Shown: positions 19,169 through 28,363 of the stretch, in pieces
Position numbering within the stretch: position 1 is the stretch's first letter
How the letters are laid out: each line of letters begins with the position of its first letter
Source of the DNA: a virus
Lineage: Duplodnaviria > Caudoviricetes
Direction: 5' to 3' (one strand)
Virus record (IMG/VR): IMGVR_UViG_3300025536_000017
Span: 1 to 58,995 of that record
Length of the DNA: 58,995 nt
Notes under the pieces: model-generated
The model's database searches: none
Told to the model about the DNA's origin: nothing
Seen by the model: the letters and a program-made list of their open reading frames with translations, nothing else
Made by a program: the position numbers and the translations under genes

Positions 19169-19921
19169 TCACAGCCCCCTTGGAATCGGAAACCTCGAAC
19201 TCATGAAGTCCATGATGCCATCAGACCGCATGCCATTCTGTGGGCGCGTCACAACACGCTCGATCGACGGCAGGAATCCGGTGCGCTTTGCGATAGCTTG
19301 CCGCGCGTCCTTTGGCTTTTCGAATTGCTCAACGAATCCGGCCGTCGCCTCTGATCCGTCTTTATATTTGGTCCCGAGATACTTCTGCGTTTCGCGTTCA
19401 CCAAGCGCATAATCAATCTGGCCCTTCCAGTTCGTTTTCCAATCTGGAACGGCTTTCTCCATTGCCGACAGTCGGCCCTTGTGATGCTGGAACAGCCCGC
19501 CAGATGGTGCGCCAAGATCGTTTGGATTATATGCAGCGGGATTGAATCCGCTTTCGCCTTGCATGTTCGTAATCATGCCAAGCGCGTGCTCGTGACTAAC
19601 GCCCCTTGAAACGATGTAGTCATACATCTCTTTCGCTGCGTTCGGATTCGACACGGCACGCGACGTAATTGCTGGCCCTGGCGTTGTCGGCGCGATGACT
19701 CCGCGTGGCGTCATCGGCGTTGCTGATGCTTGAGTCGTTGCAGAAGGAATAGCCGCCGGCGTCGTCGGTCCTGGCGTAGCCACCGGAGTCGTCGCAGGGT
19801 TGGAGATAGAACGCCCACTCAAGAGCTTGTCTATCTCGGCCTGCCTGTCGATCTGACGCGCGGCGCTGTAACCACCGAACGCGCCTTCCATGAAGGCTCC
19901 AATTCCACCGCCGGTGCTCAC
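19169..19921 (-). CDS. Internal virion protein with phage tail lysozyme (Phage_lysozyme2-like) domain
   Basis: ALGMITNMQGESGFNP...GGLFQH...QIDY...FEKP; N-terminus GGGIGAFMEG resembles the neighbouring ejection protein. Confidence 0.8.
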   Translation of the reverse strand: MSTGGGIGAFMEGAFGGYSAARQIDRQAEIDKLLSGRSISNPATTPVATPGPTTPAAIPSATTQASATPMTPRGVIAPTTPGPAITSRAVSNPNAAKEMYDYIVSRGVSHEHALGMITNMQGESGFNPAAYNPNDLGAPSGGLFQHHKGRLSAMEKAVPDWKTNWKGQIDYALGERETQKYLGTKYKDGSEATAGFVEQFEKPKDARQAIAKRTGFLPSIERVVTRPQNGMRSDGIMDFMSSRFPIPRGL

Positions 19922-20469
19922 GCCGCAACCCCATCAAAACGAGCGAACTCTCCATAAAATTCAATTGCCGCCTTCTTGTATGCTAATGCGGCCTCGGCCT
20001 TGGTAATGAAATATCCCAAGTGCCTGTAAGAGCCATCTACCTGGATTCTTGCGTGCCACTTTTTTGTTTGGCGAAACCAGTAAACGCCTTTGATTCCAGA
20101 AGTGTTGTTGCGCTGCGCCATCCTATTTGCACCGTTTTGAGAATGGGATGCCTCGCGTAAGTTAATCCAACGATTGTCTGATCCATCTAAGTTGTAATGG
20201 TCAACTATTCGATTTGGCCACTCACCAATCATGTATATCCATGCAATACGCTGCGCTAAATAATAGCGATAATCTATGCAAATATGGATATAACCATCAT
20301 TTCTCAATGATCCAGCACAACGCCCGCAAAATCGCGCATTCCAAGCCTTACATGCTCGATCACTCTTAAAATGCTCGCAAGGGCGGAGCTTCCATATGAA
20401 CGCGCCTGTCTCAACATTATAGTCAAGACATTCGCGAACATAGGCCGCTGTCAATTCTATTCTGCTCAT
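19918..20469 (-). CDS. HNH-AP2 homing endonuclease
   Basis: LDYNVETG, VDHYNLDGSDNRWINLREA, NNTSGIKGV...W.ARI...HLGYF AP2 domain; low GC. Confidence 0.9.
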   Translation of the reverse strand: MSRIELTAAYVRECLDYNVETGAFIWKLRPCEHFKSDRACKAWNARFCGRCAGSLRNDGYIHICIDYRYYLAQRIAWIYMIGEWPNRIVDHYNLDGSDNRWINLREASHSQNGANRMAQRNNTSGIKGVYWFRQTKKWHARIQVDGSYRHLGYFITKAEAALAYKKAAIEFYGEFARFDGVAA

Positions 20470-20470
20470 A

Positions 20471-21637
20471 TCAGGCGGCCTTTTTCATGATGCTACGTGG
20501 TTGCAGACGACGCGCGGCTTTCTTGCCGCTATCGAGAGATTCGACCTTCTCGGCAAGCTCCTTCACCGCACCCATCGTGATGCCAATTGCGCTGATCGCA
20601 TCAATTGATTTACCATCACCAAGCCCGGTTGCCGCATTCCAATCTTGCGCCATCGGCCCCACATGAACCTCGCGATCCGGTCCTTCGCCTTCCTTGTAGC
20701 GCCAAGATTCAATCGGTATTTTCTTGATCGCGTCGAGAACTCCGCGAGCTTCTTTGCGGTCCTCTTTAGCATCACGATCGCTCTTGTAGATGCCGAAACC
20801 AAGCCCAACTGCGCTGCCAAGACCGCCGAGAAGCGCGTTTTGATTAGCAGCGTTCGTCTGATTTTGCTGGTTAATAAGACCAACCTGACTGTTGTAGATG
20901 TTGCCCCATTGCTGACCGGCCTGACCATAGAGACCGCCAGCACCCTGGTAGCCAGTGTTCATGATATTTTGGTTTGCGAGCCAGCTGTTCTGCGCGCCGA
21001 GCGCGTTGCCGGCGGCGCTCGATCCAGCCCCAACGCCAGCGCCGAGCGCCGAGAGCGACTGGCTCGGAAGGTTAGCGCCGATATTGAGCGCGTCGCCCTG
21101 CAACCCCATAGCCTGCGTGCGGAGCGTGCTGCGAGCGTTATTGGCCGCTCCAGCGGCCCCTAGCGCGGTCTGCGTCGCCTGAGCGCGGTCGATGCCATGA
21201 TATGCCCCCGACGCCGGATTGATGCCCCTGGCGGCCATGCTGCGGTCTGTGGCGGCCTTCTGGATCGCCGCATTGCTGAGCACGTCGGCGCGGGCTTCTT
21301 CCGCAGCCTTCGCCTGCGACGCGGCGCTGTCCCAATTATTGGCCTTGTCGATATATTTGTCTTGGAGCGGCTGGAAAACGCTCTTGTAGCGCGCGCGATC
21401 TTCGCTCGCCCACTGGCTCGCCTGAGTCATCGAATCAAGCTGCGCCTGCGTCACCTTGCCGGTCAGTTCATCGATGCCGGCTTGACGCTCATTCCCGACG
21501 GCGAATTGCTCTTTGGCGAAATTGAGCCAATCCTGCCCGAGTGCGGTTTGCTGCTGAGCGGCCTGCGCCTGCTGCATCGCCGAGAACATAGCGAACGGGT
21601 CGCTTGAAGCTGAGGAACTACCGCCGAAAAGTGACAT
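20471..21637 (-). CDS. Virion/ejection protein with C-terminal peptidase S74 (intramolecular chaperone) domain
   Basis: Gln/Ala/Gly-rich body, then SDRDAKE...WRYK...HVGPMAQD...AVKEL. Confidence 0.8.
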   Translation of the reverse strand: MSLFGGSSSASSDPFAMFSAMQQAQAAQQQTALGQDWLNFAKEQFAVGNERQAGIDELTGKVTQAQLDSMTQASQWASEDRARYKSVFQPLQDKYIDKANNWDSAASQAKAAEEARADVLSNAAIQKAATDRSMAARGINPASGAYHGIDRAQATQTALGAAGAANNARSTLRTQAMGLQGDALNIGANLPSQSLSALGAGVGAGSSAAGNALGAQNSWLANQNIMNTGYQGAGGLYGQAGQQWGNIYNSQVGLINQQNQTNAANQNALLGGLGSAVGLGFGIYKSDRDAKEDRKEARGVLDAIKKIPIESWRYKEGEGPDREVHVGPMAQDWNAATGLGDGKSIDAISAIGITMGAVKELAEKVESLDSGKKAARRLQPRSIMKKAA

Positions 21638-21699
21638 ATCAGAATCCTCTGAGCTTCGTCTGATTTTTACCTTACATCATCAGAAATTCTACGACAACG

Positions 21700-21951
21700 C
21701 TACAGCGCCGAGAGGATAGCCACGAGCACGCGCCTGAGAGCCGCCACGTCAGCCACCAAAGCATCGTGCTCCGCCGCTGTTGGGTTGGCTCCAGCCGCAT
21801 TCGCCGCCGTGATTTCTGGAACTAAAATCCGCCTGATCGCATCGAAGTCAGACCGCAAGAGCGCCCGGCGCGCGCCGTTCGCGCGCTCCCCGGTCAGCCT
21901 TTCCAGCTTCTCAATGGCAAGGCCAATTCTACGCTCTGCTGCGGTCGTCAC
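21700..21951 (-). CDS. Hypothetical virion protein
   Basis: Coupled to the tail gene; PTAAEHDALVADV motif. Confidence 0.55.
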   Translation of the reverse strand: MTTAAERRIGLAIEKLERLTGERANGARRALLRSDFDAIRRILVPEITAANAAGANPTAAEHDALVADVAALRRVLVAILSAL

Positions 21952-23975
21952 TTGATCTCACCCTGCATAAGTTCGCTCGGCGACATGGCCAGATAAATTG
22001 CGTCGATCTGCCTTTGTCCCTCGATCTGTATTTCCCATTTGCGCGCCAAGAATCCAGACGGCAAGCGAGCAACTTGATTGAAGTCTGTCAATGTTCGTTT
22101 CAGCGCACTGTCTGAATAGACCTTGCACTGAAATGGCGTAACGGAACCAGGAGACGACGCTTCGCTACCAACTACCGTAGATGAGAATGCGGCGTTAACG
22201 AGCGTTGCATCCTCGACCATAACAAACGGCGGCGAAGAACTATCCAGTCCATCATCAAGAACCTCGCCATCAACCCGGATAGCGCCGTAATTTGAATCTG
22301 CTGGCAACATGAACGGTTTAGATTTCCATGTCATGGACATGAATTGCTGGCGATCGGAATCCCATTCCTGCGCCATATGGTCATCGTTAAGCACGTATAG
22401 CTTACCAGCTCCAATCTCAAAGAACATGAAATCATATTTCAAATCAGTTCGACTTAAAAATGGCTGCTCGCCGGTAAGGTCGATAATAAGCGTTCCTTCT
22501 TGGGTTTCACCAGACGTATCCTCGTATGAATACGAAGCAATATATCGTCCATCGTATTGCGCAGAAACCCACGTCTCCGGCGACATTTCGCGCCACTGGT
22601 CGATCGTCCAAAGATTACGCGAGACCATTTGCGCGCCACCTGAGCCTATCACGGCAAGGCCATTTGGCGACGGATACGCAACCGAATAGCCAAGATCAAC
22701 AATCCCATACTTATTGATGCACGGTAGGTTGAACTCCAAGCGCTCAAGCGTCATCGAGTCAGGAGATATTCCTGTGCAAACATATGGCTGACCTTCGGTC
22801 ATGATGGCGATTGATGAGCCGAATGCGCCAAGGCCGACGATATCAAAATCGACAGTCTGGACATACTTCTCGGGCCAAGCATGAGGAATCCACGGCTCGG
22901 TAAGATATAGCTTCTTGCCGACAAACCCGGCCAGCATGCCATTGGGTAGCGCGATGATGCCGCTTAGATCGTCCGGCGGCGGATTATAATCAGTCGATGG
23001 AATCACCTCCTGAATTGGGTTGTCTGCTAGGACATCCTCCCAACTCGGCGTCGGAACCGGTAGCGCCTGTTCGTTGATTAAGAAAAGCTCGGTAACCCCA
23101 AGCGCGCTTGTTTGTGAGCGATAAATACGAATGCGATTGTAGTTGCGATCTGTCGGCGGATCGACGAAATTGCTCAACGTAATATTTAGTGTTGGATCGG
23201 TAAGAACTTCATCGCTAACCGGGGACGGCTCAGATTCCTCGTCATATGCAGTTACATAAGTGTAGACATATATGACTGAATATTGTGTTTGCGGATTTGG
23301 TTCTTCGCCAATGGATAGTTTGAACGTCCCGCCGGTAGGCGTGCCACTGATGGTTAAATCCTGCTCGTCATTGGCGGAGATTGTTCCTGGCGTCGTGTGG
23401 GCAACTGAAACATCAGGACTCGTCCCGCCAGTGAGCGCGTTCGCGCCTTTGGTGAGCTTGGCGACATATCGCAGTGCGAGATCGTTCGTAAATTCGATGT
23501 TGATCGGCGTGCCTGGCAGCGGCCCGCCAGTGCAGACGACATTGCCGGAACCGATGCTAGATAGCGATTCAAGCGCTGTTTGAACTTCTCCAGCGGTGGC
23601 GTCGAAATCAAGATTCCCAGTCGTCTGTATCGCTGTCGCTACAAGTTGGTCGACAGGCGCGGCGACTTTAAGCGGATAAACCGTTGAAGTGTCCACTACG
23701 ATCTTGGGAACGCCGTCGCCGGTCATATAAAGGCGATCCTCGGCGATAGGGGCCGGAACTACATCGACAACTACGTTCCATTCAAGCCATGTCGCGCCAC
23801 GCTTGTAAAACATCACATCGCCATCGGCGAGAGCGCGATAGTCATTCGGATAGCGCAATGGAATAATTGAGCCATCTTGCAGCTTGCAATTGCTCGCGAT
23901 CTGCGCGGCCCCATTAGGAAGCAGGCGCGGCGTTATTTTCGGAATTTCTCCAGCAAAGCCCATAAGTGATATCAT
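21948..23975 (-). CDS. Tail (nozzle/stabilisation) protein
   Basis: F.GEIPKITPRLLP..AAQ.A.N, YVYTYVT..DEES.PSP, PHAWP motifs; position in the podoviral tail module. Confidence 0.75.
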   Translation of the reverse strand: MISLMGFAGEIPKITPRLLPNGAAQIASNCKLQDGSIIPLRYPNDYRALADGDVMFYKRGATWLEWNVVVDVVPAPIAEDRLYMTGDGVPKIVVDTSTVYPLKVAAPVDQLVATAIQTTGNLDFDATAGEVQTALESLSSIGSGNVVCTGGPLPGTPINIEFTNDLALRYVAKLTKGANALTGGTSPDVSVAHTTPGTISANDEQDLTISGTPTGGTFKLSIGEEPNPQTQYSVIYVYTYVTAYDEESEPSPVSDEVLTDPTLNITLSNFVDPPTDRNYNRIRIYRSQTSALGVTELFLINEQALPVPTPSWEDVLADNPIQEVIPSTDYNPPPDDLSGIIALPNGMLAGFVGKKLYLTEPWIPHAWPEKYVQTVDFDIVGLGAFGSSIAIMTEGQPYVCTGISPDSMTLERLEFNLPCINKYGIVDLGYSVAYPSPNGLAVIGSGGAQMVSRNLWTIDQWREMSPETWVSAQYDGRYIASYSYEDTSGETQEGTLIIDLTGEQPFLSRTDLKYDFMFFEIGAGKLYVLNDDHMAQEWDSDRQQFMSMTWKSKPFMLPADSNYGAIRVDGEVLDDGLDSSSPPFVMVEDATLVNAAFSSTVVGSEASSPGSVTPFQCKVYSDSALKRTLTDFNQVARLPSGFLARKWEIQIEGQRQIDAIYLAMSPSELMQGEIK

Positions 23976-23984
23976 GATCGGTCC

Positions 23985-24788
23985 TCAGAACTGAATTGTC
24001 GTCGAACCGACGAATCCGGATTTTGCTGTATCATATGCTGGCGTATAGAGATTATATTTTGTTGTCACATTTGATGCGGCCGTATCAGCGGCGCTCTGAG
24101 CGCTGTTTTTTGCAGTTAATGAGTTGTCCTTAGCTGTCTGCGCGTCGTTTTTTGCGGTAGTTGCTCTATTAACCCAATCCTGATCCGCGTTTTTTTGATC
24201 GTTCCATGTATTATAATTACTCAAATCAGACATAGCAGCAGCATAATACGCTGGATTTTTTGTCAAATAATAAGCCGCAAGATTATTATTATAACTATTC
24301 CAATAGTTATTTGTATTAGTTGTCGATGTATTTAGAGCCGCATTTGCGTTGTTCAGATCGGTAGTTGCCGCATCGTATGCCGCCACAGCATTATTGTAAG
24401 CAGTTGTTGCTGATGATAAAGCTGAATCTGCTGAAGCTTTGGTGGATAGCGCATCTTCATAATCGTTGAGCTTGCTTTGCGCATCAGCAACAAGCGCAAC
24501 TAGTGCGTTGTCAGCTTTAATCTCGCATCGCGCAAAATTAGCCGTAGTCAGTTTCGCATTGATGGGATTCGACATCTTCAGTTTGAAGAACAGCGAGCGA
24601 TCAGATACCGCATGAACAGTTACATTGACTGATTTTGTAACTTCACTAGGCGCATAATGTAGCGTCCCTAGCGCTTGTGAAAAATCACTACCAGACTTCG
24701 CCGATTCATTGACCGTCTGATAACTAACATACACGTCTTCAGCGCTCTCTTGCGTGAGGTTGACGACGAATGTAGCTGTTCTGCTCAT
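23985..24788 (-). CDS. Calx-beta domain protein with long Ala/Asn/Thr-rich coiled coil
   Basis: V.VSYQTVNESAKSGSDFSQALGTLHYAPSEVTKSVNVTV Calx-beta signature; heptad repeats. Confidence 0.7.
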   Translation of the reverse strand: MSRTATFVVNLTQESAEDVYVSYQTVNESAKSGSDFSQALGTLHYAPSEVTKSVNVTVHAVSDRSLFFKLKMSNPINAKLTTANFARCEIKADNALVALVADAQSKLNDYEDALSTKASADSALSSATTAYNNAVAAYDAATTDLNNANAALNTSTTNTNNYWNSYNNNLAAYYLTKNPAYYAAAMSDLSNYNTWNDQKNADQDWVNRATTAKNDAQTAKDNSLTAKNSAQSAADTAASNVTTKYNLYTPAYDTAKSGFVGSTTIQF

Positions 24789-25123
24789 GCCGATAGCACC
24801 ACTATGTTTTCAACCACGACAGAAGGCTCAGAATCAACCGCCACCTCAGACAACTCACACAGTCCGGTATCGCGACGTATCGAGCAAGAGACTGTGGATG
24901 ATAAAACAAGCTTAAATTGTTCAGCAGAACTGCCTGGAATATCGTCTCTCACAGGAACAATTATCTGCTTAACCGTCTCTCCTGGCGCAAATATTAGTGT
25001 TCCAGATACAGAAGTGTAATCGCCTGGCTCGGTAGCCGAATCGTCAATAGTCGCATAGTCGACTTGCACGGCAACATCGCTTGGCCGCGATAATGGAACA
25101 CGAAAGACCGCCGACCTTGCCAT
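24785..25123 (-). CDS. Stand-alone Calx-beta domain protein
   Basis: VQVDYATIDDSATEPGDYTSVSGTLIFAPGETVKQIIVPVRDD...EQFKLVLS. Confidence 0.85.
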   Translation of the reverse strand: MARSAVFRVPLSRPSDVAVQVDYATIDDSATEPGDYTSVSGTLIFAPGETVKQIIVPVRDDIPGSSAEQFKLVLSSTVSCSIRRDTGLCELSEVAVDSEPSVVVENIVVLSA

Positions 25124-25124
25124 A

Positions 25125-25892
25125 TCAAGCCTCTGTATACCAAGTCAAAACGATAAGACCTTGCGCGCCGTTGCCGCCAGTAGAGCCGCCAGACCCTCCA
25201 GCGCCGCCGCCGCCGCCATATAAACCGCCATCTCCGCCAGTTGACGCGACATTATCTAAAGCGCGCGATCCTCCGCCTCCGCCGCATCCATGCGACGCAT
25301 CGTATTCTGCCCCAGGGGAGCCATCGGTAGGTGTTGCTAGATCACCACCAACCCCGCCGAAACCAGCATCGCCATTACCGCCTTGAACACTCGAAGAATC
25401 GAACGCAGCGTCACCGCCATCTCCATATGGGCCTCCAGCTCCGCCGCCGCCGCCGTAATAAGCTTCGCCACCACTGTATTTAACATCGCCGATACCAGAC
25501 GCAGCGTCTCCACCTAGACGTTTAAATAATCCACCTTCGCCACCCTTTGCTCCGCAAAATGAAGACCCATAGTCAGAACCACCAAACCATGTATCTCCAC
25601 CGCCATTCTTAGATGAACCGTTAGTTCCTGCGCCTCCGGCGCCAATGCCGTAGTTTACGGAGCTAGATGGTGTTAATGTGACGTTATTCTTTTTAGAATA
25701 CCCACCACCTCCACCACCATATGCAAGTTGGGTTCCACCTCCAGCTCCGCCACCAATGCATTCGATGGTGTTATTTGCACTGTTCCACGTCGCATCAACC
25801 GACCAAGATGATCTAGACACAAGGAAGACGCGATTCAGCGTGAGCGATGAGAAGCTCGCCATCATCAGCGGATTGAACATTCCGGGGAGCAT
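25125..25892 (-). CDS. Glycine-rich tail-fibre adhesin-like protein
   Basis: IECIGGGAGGG, GGGGGGYSKK, GGDTWF, G.G..GLIVLTW; coupled to the tail fibre stop. Confidence 0.75.
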   Translation of the reverse strand: MLPGMFNPLMMASFSSLTLNRVFLVSRSSWSVDATWNSANNTIECIGGGAGGGTQLAYGGGGGGYSKKNNVTLTPSSSVNYGIGAGGAGTNGSSKNGGGDTWFGGSDYGSSFCGAKGGEGGLFKRLGGDAASGIGDVKYSGGEAYYGGGGGAGGPYGDGGDAAFDSSSVQGGNGDAGFGGVGGDLATPTDGSPGAEYDASHGCGGGGGSRALDNVASTGGDGGLYGGGGGAGGSGGSTGGNGAQGLIVLTWYTEA

Positions 25893-27706
25893 TACGCAAC
25901 CGCCTTTGATAGCGAATATTCAATCATCGTCGACGTGATGACCTTGTAGTGCATCAGGTCGGTTGAGTTTCCCGCAGTCGAAAGTGGCGTCGCCGAGCCT
26001 CCACCCGCCTTCTTCCAGTTGCTTCCGAGCGTCCATGTGCGACCGCCGGTCGCGTCCTGTACGATGCGGATCGTGCCCGCTTGTCCAACCTTCGCGTTTG
26101 TTGGGTTCGCTAAAGTGAAGTTGCCAGTCTGCGTCGTGCCGAGAATGAAATTGCTTCCGAGCGCGAAGTTCGGTGTATATGTCGTCGTCGATATCGTGAC
26201 GGTCTTTTCTTCAGCATCCGCCCATACGGCGGCAGGCGTTAGTAGTTTACTCGCCGTGTTAGCGATGAACTCGCCCGACGCCGTGAAGGCGGCAGTTGCC
26301 ATCTTGGCGAAGGTGATGACGCTATTGGCAATCGAAGTAGCAACCTCTCCCTCAGAAGTCGTCACGTCGCCAGTGAGATTCGGCATACGTGCGTCTGGAA
26401 GAATGCCGGTCGAAAGATTGGCCGCAGATGCTGATGTAGCGACGGTAGCGAGTCCCAATAGTGTCCGCACCTGTGATGCAGTCAAGGCAAGCGGAGTCGC
26501 CGGTGATCCGGTGTTATTGCCAATGATGCTGTTCGCCGCAAGGTTCGCCATCTTGGCGAGACTGACGGCGGCATTGGCTATGGTTGTCGCCACCGCTCTT
26601 TCTGAAGTTGTCACATCGCCGGTGAGCGCCGGCATACGTCCAGCCGGAAGCGTGCCCGTCGATAAATCGGCGGCTGATGCCGACGCCGCGACTGCGGCCA
26701 GTCCAAGATTCGTTCGCGCTGTTGATGCGCTGGCAAGATCGGAAAGATTGCTCGCCTTCTGCGCCGCGCCGGTGATGCGTGAGTCGTCGCCAGCCGCCAA
26801 CGTGCCGGCCGTGGTTCCGGTGTTCTTTACCGCCGCGTCGCCGAGACCTGATACGTCGGAGGCAGCGCCGGTTGATGCAACCGCAACAAGTCCTAAATTG
26901 CTACGCGCTGTAGTGGCGCTGGTTATTTCAGAAAGATTGTTGGCCCCAACCATATCGCCGGCACCAAGGCCGTCTGCGCCCTTCTGAGCAATCTTGGTGA
27001 ACTTGCTCGCGTCGAACGCCCCACCAGATGTGTGCGGCGTGTGGCAAACAAATGTCTCACCGTTATTGGTGACAACGTCGGCGGGAGCAACATTCGTGTA
27101 ATCTGTCGCCGGAGCCCATGCGGCAACCGGACCCCACGCAGCGGGTCCAACATCTCCTTCTGGTCCAGGGTCGCCTTGATCGCCCTGATACCCCTGATCC
27201 CCCTGTAATCCAGTTGGTCCAGAAGGTAGAACAAGATTCAAAACCTGATTAGGAGCGTCGCCGGTGATTTCCGCCTCTGCAAGCGATCCTGGCGCGCCTG
27301 TCTCAACGGTCCCTATCGACAGTTCATTCCAAATAGATTCAAACGCCGCCGATGGCGAGGCGCTGCCAACACTCAACCTTAGCGTATCGATCTTTACCTG
27401 ACCGTTGCTCGTCGTAATCTCGATACGAATTTCATATCGAGAACCTTCTCTGCCTTCGCTGACCTTGAATAGAACCTTATTGTCGTCGAGCAGCTCATCG
27501 GCTGAAATCACAAGGTCTGGCGTTGTCGCGTCGCTATGTGTCACAACAGCAGATGAAATGGTTTCATCGACCGCCAGCCACCTCGAATAGTCCACAAGAT
27601 AGGCGACTTCCTCCAACGCACTCTGCTTGACGCGACCGATATCATCGCCTCCAACTTCGGAGGCCCACATATATTGGTCGCTATTGCGATTTACAGCGAG
27701 AGGCAT
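25892..27706 (-). CDS. Tail fibre protein
   Basis: N-terminal fibre-adaptor-like domain, collagen-like GXY run, CBM5/12-like WAPATDY...HTS, repeated NLS...ARTNLGL and LTGDVTTS units, C-terminal QDATGGRT domain. Confidence 0.85.
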   Translation of the reverse strand: MPLAVNRNSDQYMWASEVGGDDIGRVKQSALEEVAYLVDYSRWLAVDETISSAVVTHSDATTPDLVISADELLDDNKVLFKVSEGREGSRYEIRIEITTSNGQVKIDTLRLSVGSASPSAAFESIWNELSIGTVETGAPGSLAEAEITGDAPNQVLNLVLPSGPTGLQGDQGYQGDQGDPGPEGDVGPAAWGPVAAWAPATDYTNVAPADVVTNNGETFVCHTPHTSGGAFDASKFTKIAQKGADGLGAGDMVGANNLSEITSATTARSNLGLVAVASTGAASDVSGLGDAAVKNTGTTAGTLAAGDDSRITGAAQKASNLSDLASASTARTNLGLAAVAASASAADLSTGTLPAGRMPALTGDVTTSERAVATTIANAAVSLAKMANLAANSIIGNNTGSPATPLALTASQVRTLLGLATVATSASAANLSTGILPDARMPNLTGDVTTSEGEVATSIANSVITFAKMATAAFTASGEFIANTASKLLTPAAVWADAEEKTVTISTTTYTPNFALGSNFILGTTQTGNFTLANPTNAKVGQAGTIRIVQDATGGRTWTLGSNWKKAGGGSATPLSTAGNSTDLMHYKVITSTMIEYSLSKAVA

Positions 27707-27718
27707 TGTTCCGCCCTA

Positions 27719-28363
27719 TCAAAGAAACGACGAGCGCGTTCTTACTCGCGCTCTTTGCTGACCACGCATGTTCTGATTAAACTTCGCGTCGCAGATTGCC
27801 TTAAACATCGCCTCTTTCGCAACGCCGAGATTTGGATTCGTGTATGGCTGACCAGGGGTCAGAAGCAAGCCAGCTAGTGCGCCATCAGCAATGTCCTGCG
27901 CATAGTTTTCAAACAAAAAATCATCACAGTCCTCGGCCGTGTGCGACGGCGTAAGGAACATGCTGATGCGCAGCGTTCCTGTCGCGAGTGGGACAATGAT
28001 GATTTTGTCGTGGCTGATTTGCGAAATATATTCAGGCGGAGACGTGCCGGGAGTGTCGCCTTCCTGTGGAAGATCGTTAGGTTCAATCTCTTTGAACGGA
28101 ACGCGCTTCAGCTTATTTCCCCATCGCTCCGCATCAGTTAGCTTAAACCAAGCCTCTTCGATTTCGAAAAGAGAAGACTGAGCAGGAACAGGAACAATCT
28201 CGTATTCATCTCCTACAACGTCTATTTCCTCCAAGCGCCGCCATGAGCGCGTTCTCTCGCAAAACTCAATTGCAGCGTTGCGCAACGCCTGGATTGCAAG
28301 CGGCTCTGGTACAGACGGCGCTGACGGGAGCACATAGGAGAGGAAGTCAGTGAACGGCGTCAC
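27719..28363 (-). CDS. Head-tail adaptor/tail tube protein
   Basis: ALRNAAIEFCERTRSW...IADGALAGLLLTPGQPYTNP pattern; position. Confidence 0.7.
   Translation of the reverse strand: MTPFTDFLSYVLPSAPSVPEPLAIQALRNAAIEFCERTRSWRRLEEIDVVGDEYEIVPVPAQSSLFEIEEAWFKLTDAERWGNKLKRVPFKEIEPNDLPQEGDTPGTSPPEYISQISHDKIIIVPLATGTLRISMFLTPSHTAEDCDDFLFENYAQDIADGALAGLLLTPGQPYTNPNLGVAKEAMFKAICDAKFNQNMRGQQRARVRTRSSFL

Noticed and set aside
25892-27706. Diversity-generating retroelement acting on the tail fibre
   Set aside because: No reverse transcriptase in the window; the repeats are diverged in-frame duplications, not adenine-specific TR/VR pairs
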